Of a stretch of DNA of 64,000 bases, positions 48,410 through 58,753 are shown one piece after another; the stretch's first letter is position 1; every line of letters begins with the position of its first letter. The DNA is taken from positions 5,280,001-5,344,000 of the forward strand of contig CBDCJH010000002.1 of assembly GCA_965217775.1 (NCBI GenBank), given 5' to 3'. Both the position numbers and the translations under genes were made by a program. The notes beneath the pieces are model-generated. The model worked only from the letters and a program-made list of their open reading frames with translations, did not search any database and was not told the DNA's origin. Source of the DNA: Acidobacteriota bacterium (lineage in GTDB: Bacteria; Acidobacteriota; UBA6911; RPQK01; JAJDTT01).

Positions 48410-49147
48410 TCAATGTTCTTCGTCGTGTGCATGCTCCACGGAACCAGCGATGTAGACGATGGTCAAGACGGAGAAAATGAAGGCCTGCAGCGTGCCGGCA
48501 AATAAGCCCAGAGCCATCACCGGCATCGAGATCACAAAGGGGAACAGTTGGTTCAGGTTGGTGACGATCAGCTCCTCGGCGTAGATGTTGCCCATGAGCC
48601 GGACGGACAAGGAGAAAGGACGCGCCAGGTGGCTGATGATCTCGATCACGAAAAGGACCGGGGCGATGGCCAGTGAGGGACCGGCGAAGTGAGCCATGTA
48701 CTTGACGAAGCCATGCACCCGGAACCCGTGGTAGTTGTAGTAGAAGAAGACGATGATTCCGCAGGCCGCGGTGATGTTGATGTTGCTGGTGGGCGGCATG
48801 AACCCAGGGAAGAGCCCCAGGAGGTTGCCAGCCAGGATGTAGAGAAACAGAGTCCCGATCAAGGGAAAGAAGCGGCGGGCATCGGGTCCGATGATCTCCT
48901 TCATCAATCCCAACAGCCCCTCGAACAGAACCTCCAGCAGCTGTTGGACCGCGCCCGGATTGTCCACGCTGAGGCGCCTCCTCACCAGGAGGGCGACCAC
49001 GGTGAGAATGAGACAGACGAAGATGACCATGACCAGGTGGGCCGGAAGGACGTCGTGATCCACCCGGAATCCCAAGGCTTCGGCCAGAGGGTTTGCGAGG
49101 TAGCGGTTGAAGAGAGTCGCCGACAGGAACTCGTGGTGTTGATCCAT
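48410..49147 (-). CDS. atpB: F-type ATP synthase subunit a
   Basis: NLLGLFPG, PTSNIN, RPFSLSVRLMGN, LQAFIF. Confidence 0.95.
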   Translation of the reverse strand: MDQHHEFLSATLFNRYLANPLAEALGFRVDHDVLPAHLVMVIFVCLILTVVALLVRRRLSVDNPGAVQQLLEVLFEGLLGLMKEIIGPDARRFFPLIGTLFLYILAGNLLGLFPGFMPPTSNINITAACGIIVFFYYNYHGFRVHGFVKYMAHFAGPSLAIAPVLFVIEIISHLARPFSLSVRLMGNIYAEELIVTNLNQLFPFVISMPVMALGLFAGTLQAFIFSVLTIVYIAGSVEHAHDEEH

Positions 49148-49216
49148 TTCCGGTCCTGTTTCAGAAGTTCGTCCGTCCCGAGGGTGTCACGCCGGATCAG
49201 GCATGAACTGTGCGGG

Positions 49217-49555
49217 TCAGGATTTGTACGACGCCTCCAACATTGCTGAAAGGATGGGTACGGAAAGCCCCAGGACCGCCCCCGGCACACTCAAAAAAGG
49301 AATCTGCATCATAGCAAAGAGACCTCCCAGCATCAAGACCATGCGACCCCCGTTCAGGGCCAGAAATCGCAGTGCCGAAGGCTTCCCGTCCGGTGCCAGC
49401 AGCCTCCCGGCCAGCCGGTCCAGGACCCTGAGGTTCAGGAGCGAGGCGAGTGCGCCGGCCAGGATGGAAAGGGCCATCCAGAATCCATAAAGCCATCCCC
49501 CGACAACGGATACGACGATCAGGAGAATCATTGCATTGCGTGAAATGCGCTCCAA
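49217..49555 (-). CDS. atpI: ATP synthase protein I-like
   Basis: Small four-TM hydrophobic protein directly upstream of atpB. Confidence 0.65.
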   Translation of the reverse strand: MERISRNAMILLIVVSVVGGWLYGFWMALSILAGALASLLNLRVLDRLAGRLLAPDGKPSALRFLALNGGRMVLMLGGLFAMMQIPFLSVPGAVLGLSVPILSAMLEASYKS

Positions 49556-49558
49556 ATC

Positions 49559-49774
49559 TTACCTGCTGAACATTCTCACGACTCGGACCAGGCCGGCCAC
49601 TCCCCCGAGCAGCAACCCGGCCACCGAGATCCAAGGATCGGAATCCAAACGCCGGTCCACAAAATAGCCGATCAGGTAACCGACCAGAAGACACGAGGGA
49701 AGCAGAAAAATGATGGAGCTGTAGCGAGCCACCTGGGCGTAGACACCCCCTTTTTCCCGCTTGCCGTTTCGCAA
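49559..49774 (-). CDS. AtpZ/AtpI-family protein
   Basis: GYLIGYFVDRRLDSDPW...GLLLG motif. Confidence 0.8.
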   Translation of the reverse strand: MRNGKREKGGVYAQVARYSSIIFLLPSCLLVGYLIGYFVDRRLDSDPWISVAGLLLGGVAGLVRVVRMFSR

Positions 49775-49861
49775 CTCTTTCGTCTTTCCGATCCGTCTCC
49801 AAGTTGCCGGACGAACGGCGGCGCCGCCGACGACGGTGCCGGAAGGAGGCGTCCGGAGCCG

Positions 49862-51391
49862 TCAGAAGATCAGGGAGAGGCTGGCGATTCGGGCCAGGTC
49901 GAAGAAAGGATCCGGATAGATCCCCATGGCGATGGTAAAGAACCCCGTGACCAAAAGGACGAACCAGACACCCACCGAAAAGCTCAACGGGACCGGGAGC
50001 GCCTCCTTCTCGATGAACATGGCCACCACGATCCGCAAGTAGTAGAAGAGGGAGACGACGGCATTGAGGGCGGCCACCACGGCCAGCCACATCAGCAGTT
50101 GTCCATGGGCCTGACCGGCCGCCAGGGCCGATTCGATCACCGCCGCGAATACCGCGTACTTGGCGATGAATCCCGCCAGAGGAGGAATGCCCGCCAGGGA
50201 CAGGAAGAAAATGAGATTCAGTATCGCCAGACCGGGATGCTTGAAGTAGAGGCCGTTGAAGTCCTCGATCGATTCCCCGATCACGTCCTTCCGCCGCAGC
50301 AGAATGACGATGGCCCAGACGCCGAGATTCATGAAGGTATAGGCGAACAGATAGAGCACCGATGCCGAGATCCCCGGTTGGGAGCCCACCACCAGTCCCA
50401 TCAGAATGAATCCGGCGTGGGAGATGCTGGAGTAGGCAAGCAGCCGCTTGACGTTCTGCTGGGTGACCGCCGCCACGTTGCCCCAGGTCATGGTCGCCAT
50501 GGCGATGACGGCCAGGACCCCGATGTACAGGTCGTGGAAGTCGTGAAAGGTCACGTAGAAGATTCGCAGGAAAACGGCGAATGCGGCTCCCTTGACCGCC
50601 ACCGACATGAAGGCGGTGATGCCGGTGGGCGCGCCTTCGTAGGCATCGGGCGCCCACATGTGGAAGGGGACGGCCGCGATCTTGAAGCAGAGACCGGCCA
50701 GCATCAGAAAGAGGGCCAGGATCAACAGGGTGTTGTCTTCCCGCTTGGCCGCCTCCTGGGCGATGACGTTCAGGTTGGTGCTGCCGCTGATCCCGTAGAG
50801 CAGGGACATCCCGTACAGGATGATGGCAGTGGAGAAGGCGCCCATGAGGAAGTATTTCATGGAGGCCTCGTTGGAGCGGCGCTGCCGGCGCAGAAAGCCG
50901 ACCAGGATGTAGGTCGACACTGACATCAGCTCCAGGCCCACGAAAATGGTGACCAGGTCGATGGCCCCGGCCATGAACATCATGCCGGACGTGGCGAAGA
51001 GGATGATGGCGTAGTACTCGCTGTGCTGGGCGTCCTCAATGTCCAGATGCCGGTAGGAAAGGGCGACCGCCAGAATGGCCGAGACCAGGAAGAGGATTCC
51101 GAAGACCTCGGAGAAGGCGTCCTGGGTCACCATGTTGTAAAAGGCATCCCCGTTACCGGTGCCCCAGAGGCGCCAGAGTTGAAGCCCGGCCCCCAATAGC
51201 CCCCCCAGGGCAAACAGGACCGACAGGGACTTTCCGCGGAATCCCAGGAGCCGGGTACCCCGCCCGGGCAGGATGAAGTCGATGCAGAGGAGTCCCAGGC
51301 CCCAGACGATCAGATGCAATTGAGGTGCGATGGCCCGGGCGTTCAGGGAGAGAAAACTGGCAAGGTCCCCGCCCGTCGGTATTTCGGGCAT
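49862..51391 (-). CDS. nuoN: NADH-quinone oxidoreductase subunit N
   Basis: EASMKYF, FKIAAVPFHMWAPDAYEGAP, KRLLAYSSISHAG. Confidence 0.95.
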   Translation of the reverse strand: MPEIPTGGDLASFLSLNARAIAPQLHLIVWGLGLLCIDFILPGRGTRLLGFRGKSLSVLFALGGLLGAGLQLWRLWGTGNGDAFYNMVTQDAFSEVFGILFLVSAILAVALSYRHLDIEDAQHSEYYAIILFATSGMMFMAGAIDLVTIFVGLELMSVSTYILVGFLRRQRRSNEASMKYFLMGAFSTAIILYGMSLLYGISGSTNLNVIAQEAAKREDNTLLILALFLMLAGLCFKIAAVPFHMWAPDAYEGAPTGITAFMSVAVKGAAFAVFLRIFYVTFHDFHDLYIGVLAVIAMATMTWGNVAAVTQQNVKRLLAYSSISHAGFILMGLVVGSQPGISASVLYLFAYTFMNLGVWAIVILLRRKDVIGESIEDFNGLYFKHPGLAILNLIFFLSLAGIPPLAGFIAKYAVFAAVIESALAAGQAHGQLLMWLAVVAALNAVVSLFYYLRIVVAMFIEKEALPVPLSFSVGVWFVLLVTGFFTIAMGIYPDPFFDLARIASLSLIF

Positions 51392-52951
51392 CTATCGATC
51401 TCCGATCTCGGCCTGCACGGAGCGAGGCTGGAATTCCCCGGGCCTCACCTTCTCCACGATCTGATTGACCGGCTCGTGCAGGTAGGACAGAAACGGACTC
51501 GGGTAGAGGCCGATCCAGAAGGCCAGAATGATGAGGGGGACGAAGGTCGCCAGCTCCCGGGGAGTCAGGTCCGGAAGCTGGCGGTTCTCTTCCTGCTTGA
51601 TGGTCCCGAACATCACCCGCTGGTAGAGCCAGAGCATATAGGCCGCCCCGAGGACGATGCCGGTGGCCCCGAAAACGGCCCAGAGCTTGTAGTCGGGATC
51701 GGCAAAGACCCCCTGCAGCACCATGAACTCTCCGATGAATCCGTTGAGCGTGGGCATGCCGATGGAGGAGAGGGTCATGATCAGAAAGACCACGGCGTAC
51801 ACCGGCATGACGTGGGACAGGCCGCTGTAGTCGCTGATCATGCGAGTGTGCCGGCGCTCGTAGATGATTCCCACGATCAGGAAGAGGGCTCCGGTGGAGA
51901 TCCCGTGGTTGATCATCTGGAGGATGCCTCCCTCCAGCGCCACCGGCGTCACGATGAAGACGCCCAGCATGCAGAATCCCAGGTGGCTGACCGAGGAGTA
52001 CGCCACCAGTTTCTTCATGTCCTTCTGCATCATGGCCACCAGGGCCCCGTAGATGATCCCGACCACCGAGATGGCCATCATCCAGGGCAGGAACTCCATG
52101 GTGGCGTCGGGCAGGATGGGAAGGCTGAAACGGACGAAACCATACGTGCCCATCTTGAGGAGCACTCCGGCCAGAATGACCGAGCCGGCCGTCGGAGCCT
52201 CGACGTGGGCGTCCGGGAGCCAGGTATGGAAGGGGAACAACGGCACCTTGATGGCGAAACCGACGAACATGGCCAGGAAGATCCAGTACTGGAGATCGGG
52301 CGGGATGCCCAGTTCCTGGAAGGCCAGAACGTCGAACGACCAGACTCCCTTGACGGCGTACTGATGAAAGTAGAGGGCCAGGATTCCCAGCAGGAGCAGG
52401 ACCGATCCCAGCAGCGTGTAGAGGAAGAACTTGATGGCGGCGTACAGTTTCCGGGGGCCGCCCCAGATGCCGATGATGAAGTACATGGGCACCAGCATCA
52501 CTTCCCAGAAAACGTAGAAGAAGAAGAAGTCCAGGGCCATGAATACGCCCAGCATCCCCGTCTGCAGGATCAGGAAGTAGCAGTAGTACTCGCGGACCCG
52601 GGTGGTGATGGCGTTCCACGACGAGAGAATGGAGATGGATCCGAGCAGGGTGGTCAGCAGGATCAACAGCAGGCTGATGCCGTCGATTCCGAAATAGTAC
52701 TGGACTCCCAGCGACTCGATCCACGGGGCCTTGAAGACGAAACGCATCCCGGTCGAGTCGATGAACTCGGGCCGGTTGAAATGGGTGATCAGGGGGATGG
52801 AGACCAGGAACCCCACGAAGGCGACGATGTTGGCGATCCACTTGACCTCGGTCTCATGCTCCTTCCCCTTGGGCCAGAACAGAATGATCAACACGCCCAA
52901 GAGGGGGAAAAAGCAGACGATGGTCAGGATGTTGGTCATGAAAAAGCCCAT
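51392..52951 (-). CDS. nuoM: NADH-quinone oxidoreductase subunit M
   Basis: GIDGIS, FWEVMLVPMY, KVPLFPFHTWLPDAHVEAPT, KKLVAYSSVSH. Confidence 0.96.
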   Translation of the reverse strand: MGFFMTNILTIVCFFPLLGVLIILFWPKGKEHETEVKWIANIVAFVGFLVSIPLITHFNRPEFIDSTGMRFVFKAPWIESLGVQYYFGIDGISLLLILLTTLLGSISILSSWNAITTRVREYYCYFLILQTGMLGVFMALDFFFFYVFWEVMLVPMYFIIGIWGGPRKLYAAIKFFLYTLLGSVLLLLGILALYFHQYAVKGVWSFDVLAFQELGIPPDLQYWIFLAMFVGFAIKVPLFPFHTWLPDAHVEAPTAGSVILAGVLLKMGTYGFVRFSLPILPDATMEFLPWMMAISVVGIIYGALVAMMQKDMKKLVAYSSVSHLGFCMLGVFIVTPVALEGGILQMINHGISTGALFLIVGIIYERRHTRMISDYSGLSHVMPVYAVVFLIMTLSSIGMPTLNGFIGEFMVLQGVFADPDYKLWAVFGATGIVLGAAYMLWLYQRVMFGTIKQEENRQLPDLTPRELATFVPLIILAFWIGLYPSPFLSYLHEPVNQIVEKVRPGEFQPRSVQAEIGDR

Positions 52952-52955
52952 AGGA

Positions 52956-55019
52956 CTATGCTCCCAGGTAGAGATAGCAGCCGATGATGAGCACCAGCCC
53001 CAAGACGAAGAAGGCGATGTAGCGTTGGACCAGACCGGTCTGCAGACGCCGCAAGACTGAGCTGAAGAATTCCACGATCTCCGCCGCCAGATTCACCAGC
53101 CGGTCCACGATGTGGATGTCCGCCTGACCCGAGATCCAGGCGGAGATGCGGGTGGCGGCGGCGCTTCCGTTCACCAGGCCGTCCACCACCTTGAGATCGA
53201 AGGCGCTGAGCCAGGTCCCCAGGCCCTTGCATCGATTCACGAAGACGGCATCGTAGATCTCGTCCACGTAGAACTTGTTGTAGACGACCCGGTGGAGGCC
53301 GTGGAACCGGTCGCGCAACTGCCCCGCCTTCTGGGGCCGGGCGAGGAAGAAATGATAGGCCAGGAAGATGCCGCCGCCGGCAACCGCCACCGAAACCAAC
53401 GTCAGGAGAATCTCCTCAAGGTGGGAATGGTGGCCTGTCGCCTCGGGCTGATACGCCGTGGCCAGAGCCGGTTCCAGGAAGTGCTCGAAGACGTTGGGCC
53501 CGAGCCAGGCCGGAAGTCCCAGGTAGCCAGCCACCACCGAACCCGCGGCCAGGACCATCAGGGGGACGGTCATCACCCGGGGCGATTCGTGAGGCGTGTG
53601 CCCGCCGTGGAGGTCGTGGCGTTCCTTCCCATGAAAGGTCAGGAACATCATGCGGAACATGTAGAAGGCGGTCATGCCCGCCACCAGCACGCCGACGCCC
53701 CAGATCAGGGGGCTGCCCCCCGGGAGGCTGAAGGCGCGCCACAGGATTTCGTCCTTGGAGAAGAAGCCGGACAGAAACGGTACGCCGGCGATGGCCAGGG
53801 TCCCCACCAACATGGTCAGCCAGGTGACGGGGAGGTATTTCTTCAGACCTCCCATCTTCATCATGTCCTGTTCGTGATGCATCCCCATGATGACGCTGCC
53901 CGAACCCAGGAAGAGGAGAGCCTTGAAGAAGGCGTGGGTCATGAGATGGAAGATTCCGGCGGTGAAGGCGCCGACACCCAGCGCGGTCACCATGTAGCCC
54001 AGTTGGCTCACCGTGGAATAGGCCAGGACCCGCTTGATGTCCCGCTGAAACAGGGCGATGCAGGCCGCCAGCAAGGCGGTCACGATTCCCACCACGGCCA
54101 CCAGCAGCATGATATCGGGCGCCCGGCTGTAGATGGCTGCCGATCGGCCCACCATGTAGACTCCGGCCGTCACCATGGTGGCGGCGTGGATCAGCGCGCT
54201 GACCGGTGTCGGACCTTCCATGGCGTCGGGAAGCCAGACGTAGAGGGGAATCTGGGCGCTCTTTCCGGCGGCGCCGATGAAGAGCAGCAGCGCCGCCCAG
54301 CTCAACGGGCCCCAGACCGCCTCGGGCTCCGGAACCAGGATGGCGATCCGGGAGAAGAGATCGGTGAAGTCCAGGGTCCCGAAGTAGGCGAAGAGCAGCA
54401 TCATCCCCAGGATGAAGCCGTAGTCGCCGATACGGTTGACCACGAAGGCCTTCTTGGCGGCGTCGCCGGCGCTCCTCTTCTCCAGGTAGTAGCCGATGAG
54501 CAGATAGGAGCAGAGGCCCACTCCTTCCCAGCCCACGAACATGAGGAGGAAGTTGTTGGCCAGGACCAGGGTGAGCATCATGAACATGAACAGGTTCATG
54601 TAGGCGAAGAAGCGGTAGAAGCCCTCTTCCTCGTACATGTAACCGATGGAGTAGAGGTGGATCAGGAATCCGATTCCGGTGACCACCAGGATCATGACGG
54701 CCGAGAGGGGATCCAGTTGGAATCCCCAGTTGATCTGGAACTGGGCGAGCTCTCCGGAGACGGTCCGGATCATCAGGCCCGGGATCCAGTTGAAGAGATT
54801 CACCTCATGGATCCGGTTCTCCGGATCCAGCTTGAGCAGACTGGCGAACGAACCCAGCGAGATCAGGAACGCAAGCAGCACCGCGCCGCACGCGACCACG
54901 GCCACGAAACTCTTTTGGGGCCGGCGGCCGGTTCGGCGGACGCACCAGAGTCCCCACAAGCCGTTGATCAGGAACCCCGCCAGGGGACAAAGGGGAATGA
55001 GCCAAATGGTGTTCAGCAT
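52956..55019 (-). CDS. nuoL: NADH-quinone oxidoreductase subunit L
   Basis: GWEGVG, GKSAQIPLYVWLPDAMEGPTPVSALIHAATMV, HAFFKALLFL. Confidence 0.97.
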   Translation of the reverse strand: MLNTIWLIPLCPLAGFLINGLWGLWCVRRTGRRPQKSFVAVVACGAVLLAFLISLGSFASLLKLDPENRIHEVNLFNWIPGLMIRTVSGELAQFQINWGFQLDPLSAVMILVVTGIGFLIHLYSIGYMYEEEGFYRFFAYMNLFMFMMLTLVLANNFLLMFVGWEGVGLCSYLLIGYYLEKRSAGDAAKKAFVVNRIGDYGFILGMMLLFAYFGTLDFTDLFSRIAILVPEPEAVWGPLSWAALLLFIGAAGKSAQIPLYVWLPDAMEGPTPVSALIHAATMVTAGVYMVGRSAAIYSRAPDIMLLVAVVGIVTALLAACIALFQRDIKRVLAYSTVSQLGYMVTALGVGAFTAGIFHLMTHAFFKALLFLGSGSVIMGMHHEQDMMKMGGLKKYLPVTWLTMLVGTLAIAGVPFLSGFFSKDEILWRAFSLPGGSPLIWGVGVLVAGMTAFYMFRMMFLTFHGKERHDLHGGHTPHESPRVMTVPLMVLAAGSVVAGYLGLPAWLGPNVFEHFLEPALATAYQPEATGHHSHLEEILLTLVSVAVAGGGIFLAYHFFLARPQKAGQLRDRFHGLHRVVYNKFYVDEIYDAVFVNRCKGLGTWLSAFDLKVVDGLVNGSAAATRISAWISGQADIHIVDRLVNLAAEIVEFFSSVLRRLQTGLVQRYIAFFVLGLVLIIGCYLYLGA

Positions 55020-55034
55020 GCCATGGACCCCGGC

Positions 55035-55337
55035 TCAGCCTCTCATGAGGTCGATCTCATCCATGTTGATGGTTTCCCGGTTGCGGAACAGGGCGATCAC
55101 GATGCCCAGTCCCACTGCCGCCTCGGCCGCGGCGACGGTGATGACGAAGATGACGAAGACCTGGCCCGCCAGATCCTGCAGGTGAGCCGAGAAGGCGATC
55201 AGGTTCAAATTCACGGCATTGAGCATGAGCTCGATGGACATGAAGATGATGATGACGTTTCTTCGGGTGAGGACGCCGACGGCACCGATGGTGAAGACGA
55301 TGGCGCTCAGGAAGAGGTAGTGGTTGGGTCCGATCAT
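55035..55337 (-). CDS. nuoK: NADH-quinone oxidoreductase subunit K
   Basis: [22 protein letters not shown]. Confidence 0.96.
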   Translation of the reverse strand: MIGPNHYLFLSAIVFTIGAVGVLTRRNVIIIFMSIELMLNAVNLNLIAFSAHLQDLAGQVFVIFVITVAAAEAAVGLGIVIALFRNRETINMDEIDLMRG

Positions 55338-55355
55338 CCTAGACTCCGCGCCGGT

Positions 55356-55868
55356 TCAGATCTCCTTCTTGGCCAATACCACGGCGCCGACGATGGCGAC
55401 CAGAAGCAGGACCGATGCAATCTCGAAGGGAAGCAGGTAGGTGCTGTAGAGAACGGTCCCTACGGCTTCCGTATTCATGGTCTCGGTGTTGGCGATGATC
55501 CCGGATTCGGCCAGCCCTTCCTCCAGAGAAACGGTTCCCCGGAAAATGAGGAGGCCCAGCTCCAGGCAGAGGACCACGGCCAGGACCACGCCGGTCCGCC
55601 ACTGCCGGCTCAGCTTCGGCTGCCGTTCCAGAGCCTCGATGCTGACCAGCATGATGACGAAGAGAAAAAGCACCATGATGCCGCCCACGTAGACCAGCAC
55701 CTGGACGGCGCCCACGAACTCCGCCTCCATGAGGAAGAAGAATCCCGCCACCGCCAGTAGCGCCGAGACCAGATAGACGGCGCTCCGCACCGGGTTCCGC
55801 GCGGTCACCGTGAGGATGGAGAAGGTCACCAGAATCAGAGCCAGCGCGTAGAAGAGATAGGTTTCCAT
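55356..55868 (-). CDS. nuoJ: NADH-quinone oxidoreductase subunit J
   Basis: NPVRSA, QVLVYVGGIMVLFLFVIML, PFEIASVLLL. Confidence 0.95.
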   Translation of the reverse strand: METYLFYALALILVTFSILTVTARNPVRSAVYLVSALLAVAGFFFLMEAEFVGAVQVLVYVGGIMVLFLFVIMLVSIEALERQPKLSRQWRTGVVLAVVLCLELGLLIFRGTVSLEEGLAESGIIANTETMNTEAVGTVLYSTYLLPFEIASVLLLVAIVGAVVLAKKEI

Positions 55869-55990
55869 GCTCTATCTTCCGTTTTCTCTTCCGTTGTTTG
55901 GAAACTTGCGACTCATCCAGTGGTCCGTGATGCCGCGGTCACCGCGAAGATGCTCCGGATCCGGAGATACCGGAGCGTTCATGAAGACCG

Positions 55991-56452
55991 TCAATTGTAG
56001 TTCTTCCCGAAATCGATGCGGTCCCAACACTTCTCCAGCCGCTCTCGATCCCACACCATGTCCCTGCGGTCGTATGCGGCCAGCTCGAAGTCCTGGGTCA
56101 GCTCGACGGCATTGGTGGGACACACCTCCTGGCAGAGTCCGCAGAAGAGGCAGCGGGAAGTGTCGAAAGTGTAGTGCGTCAGCACCTTCTTGCGGCTCTC
56201 CGGATCCCTGGTGGAGCCGACGACGATCAGGTCTTCCGGGCAGATCACGGCGCACAGGTCACAGGCGATGCAGAGGGTCTCACCCGTTTCCGGATCGTTG
56301 TTCAGGCGGGGAGCTCCCTTGTAGCGTTCCGCCAGCTTGGGTATCTCGGTCGGATACTGTTCCGTGTACACCTTGGTGTAGGTGTAGCGAAAGGTCACGG
56401 CCAGACCCTTCAAGATGTCCCAGAAGAGCATGCGGCGTAGGAATTCAATCAT
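55991..56452 (-). CDS. nuoI: NADH-quinone oxidoreductase subunit I
   Basis: Two 4Fe-4S motifs, CIACDLCAVICP and CLFCGLCQEVCP. Confidence 0.93.
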   Translation of the reverse strand: MIEFLRRMLFWDILKGLAVTFRYTYTKVYTEQYPTEIPKLAERYKGAPRLNNDPETGETLCIACDLCAVICPEDLIVVGSTRDPESRKKVLTHYTFDTSRCLFCGLCQEVCPTNAVELTQDFELAAYDRRDMVWDRERLEKCWDRIDFGKNYN

Positions 56453-56537
56453 GGTTGATCCGTCCGATTATTGGAGCCGGACTCGAACGAGACGTCCCGG
56501 CTCGACCCGTCAATTTACAAATCCGTATTGGAGTTGT

Positions 56538-57638
56538 CTACATGAAAACCAGCACCACTCCCGCCGTGACGATGACGTTGGCCAGGGCCAGCGGGAGAAA
56601 GAGCTTCCAGCCGTAGCGCATCAACTGGTCGAAACGGTAGCGGGGAAGCGTGCCCCGGACCCAGATGAAGACGTACAGCAACACGAACACCTTGATCACG
56701 AACCACAACAGCGGAGGGATCAGGTCCAGGAATGAGAGCCACTCCACGTTGGGAAAGGGCCTCAGCCATCCTCCCAGGAACAGGGTCACCGCCACCGCGC
56801 AGACGGTCACCATGGCGGCGTACTCGGCGATGAAATACAGGGAGAAGCGGAAGCCGCTGTATTCGGTGTGAAAACCGCCCACCAGTTCGGTTTCGGCCTC
56901 GGGCAGATCGAAGGGCAACCGGTTGGTCTCGGCCATGCCGCAGATGAAGAAGAGGACGAAGGCCAGAGGCTGGTAGAAGATGTACCAGACCTCGGCTTCC
57001 CGCTGATTTTCCACGATCTGGACCAGGCTCAGGGATTGGGTCACCAGCAGGACTCCGATCACGGAGAAGCCCAGGGCCACCTCGTAGCTGATCATCTGGG
57101 CGCTGGAGCGAAGTGCTCCCAGCAGCGGGTATTTGCTGTTGGAGGCCCAACCTCCCAGGATGACGCCCAGGATTCCGACGGAAGAAATCGAGAGCACGAA
57201 CAGGAGCGCGATGTTGATGTCGGTGACGAAGCCTCCCGAAGCGGCGGACTGGGTTGCGATGGACTCCACGGCCGCCGCGTCCAGAAAGGGACTCAGTACC
57301 CAGCGCAGGAGGTCCTCCATCATTCCCGGAGGACCGAACGGAATCACGGCGAACACCACGAAGGCAGGGATCAGGCTGATGGCGGGAGCCAGAGTGAAGA
57401 GCAGCTTGTCCGACCGGGCCGGGACGATGTCTTCCTTGAGGATGAACTTCAGCCCGTCCGCAATGGGCTGAAGCAACCCGTGCCAACCGACGCGCATGGG
57501 TCCCAGGCGCACCTGGATATGGGCGATGATCTTGCGCTCGAGCAGGGTCATGTAGGCGACGGCGCCGGAAAGAACGAGCACGATCACCGCGATCTTGGCG
57601 AACGGTATGATTCCGTAGACGATGATCCACTCGGCCAT
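56538..57638 (-). CDS. nuoH: NADH-quinone oxidoreductase subunit H
   Basis: ERK...QVRLGP, GLLQPIADGLK, AETNRLPFDLPEAE, PRYRFDQLM. Confidence 0.97.
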   Translation of the reverse strand: MAEWIIVYGIIPFAKIAVIVLVLSGAVAYMTLLERKIIAHIQVRLGPMRVGWHGLLQPIADGLKFILKEDIVPARSDKLLFTLAPAISLIPAFVVFAVIPFGPPGMMEDLLRWVLSPFLDAAAVESIATQSAASGGFVTDINIALLFVLSISSVGILGVILGGWASNSKYPLLGALRSSAQMISYEVALGFSVIGVLLVTQSLSLVQIVENQREAEVWYIFYQPLAFVLFFICGMAETNRLPFDLPEAETELVGGFHTEYSGFRFSLYFIAEYAAMVTVCAVAVTLFLGGWLRPFPNVEWLSFLDLIPPLLWFVIKVFVLLYVFIWVRGTLPRYRFDQLMRYGWKLFLPLALANVIVTAGVVLVFM

Positions 57639-58750
57639 TAGCGGTCGATCTCTCCCAGCACGATATCCAGCGTTCCGATGATGGCCACCACGTCCGCCAC
57701 CAGATGTCCGCGAACCAGCCGCCGCAGAGCCTGGAGACTGATGAACGTGGGTGGACGGATCCGGAGACGGAAGGGTTGCGGTGATCCGTCACTGACGATG
57801 TAGTATCCCAATTCTCCCCTCGGGCTCTCGATGGCCGAGTAGTACTCGCCGGCGGCCGGCTTGGGAATCTTGGGGGCCCGGCCGCGAATCGGACCTTCGG
57901 GCATGGTGTCCAGGGCTTGGGTGATGATGCGCCGGCTCTGACGCATCTCTTCGAGCCGGATCAGGTACCGGTCGTAGGTATCGCCGTTGGTCCCCATGGG
58001 CACGTCGAACTGAAACTGTTCGTATCCTCCATAGGGCCGGAGCTTGCGGATGTCGTGGTCGACCCCGGAGCCCCGGAGCGGGGGGCCGCTCAGCCCCCAG
58101 TCGATGGCTTCCTCGGCCGAGATGACGCCGACGCCCTTGGTTCTCTCCAGCCAGATGCGATTCCGCGTGAGGAGCTGCTCGTACTCGTCGACGCGCGCCG
58201 GAAACTGGTCGATGAACTTCCGGCACGCCGCCTCGAACCCGGCAGGCATGTCCAACCACAAACCTCCGATCCGGAAGGCGTGGGTGGTCAGACGAGCGCC
58301 GAAGAGAGCCTCGAACAGCTTCAGGATCTCTTCCCGCTCCCGGAAGCAATAGAGGAAGACGGTCATGGCTCCGATGTCGATGGCATGGGTGGCCAACCAG
58401 AGCAGATGGCTCGCGATCCGGTTGAACTCGGTCATCATGATCCGAATCTGGCGAGCCCGCGCCGGAACCTCGATGCCCAGCAGCTTCTCCACTCCCAGCA
58501 CATATCCGAAGACGTTGGACACGGCCGAGATGTAGTCCGTCCGGTCGAAGTAGGGAGTGCACTTGATGTAGTTGCGGTTCTCGGCGATCTTCTCCACGCC
58601 CCGGTGGAGGTAGCCGATGATGCATTCGGCGTCGACCACCCGTTCTCCGTCCAGCTTGAGCCGGACTCGCAGCACGCCGTGGGTGGACGGGTGCTGGGGA
58701 CCCATGTTGATCTCGAGTTCCTTGGTGTCGAGTACGGTCTGCCGGTTCAT
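57638..58750 (-). CDS. nuoD: NADH-quinone oxidoreductase subunit D
   Basis: NMGPQHPSTHGVLR, GYLHRG, ESPRGE, GEIDR. Confidence 0.97.
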   Translation of the reverse strand: MNRQTVLDTKELEINMGPQHPSTHGVLRVRLKLDGERVVDAECIIGYLHRGVEKIAENRNYIKCTPYFDRTDYISAVSNVFGYVLGVEKLLGIEVPARARQIRIMMTEFNRIASHLLWLATHAIDIGAMTVFLYCFREREEILKLFEALFGARLTTHAFRIGGLWLDMPAGFEAACRKFIDQFPARVDEYEQLLTRNRIWLERTKGVGVISAEEAIDWGLSGPPLRGSGVDHDIRKLRPYGGYEQFQFDVPMGTNGDTYDRYLIRLEEMRQSRRIITQALDTMPEGPIRGRAPKIPKPAAGEYYSAIESPRGELGYYIVSDGSPQPFRLRIRPPTFISLQALRRLVRGHLVADVVAIIGTLDIVLGEIDR

Positions 58751-58753
58751 GGG

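Noticed and set aside
53112-55760. 882-aa plus-strand ORF and similar long ORFs (12567..14399, 29407..30999, 32773..34449, 51314..52987, 57917..59428)
   Set aside because: Antisense or alternate-frame shadows of well-supported genes, expected at high GC; no motifs.
55872-56255. Frameshifted extension of nuoI or an extra nuo subunit
   Set aside because: nuoI is complete with both Fe-S motifs; the overlapping ORF has no recognisable features.
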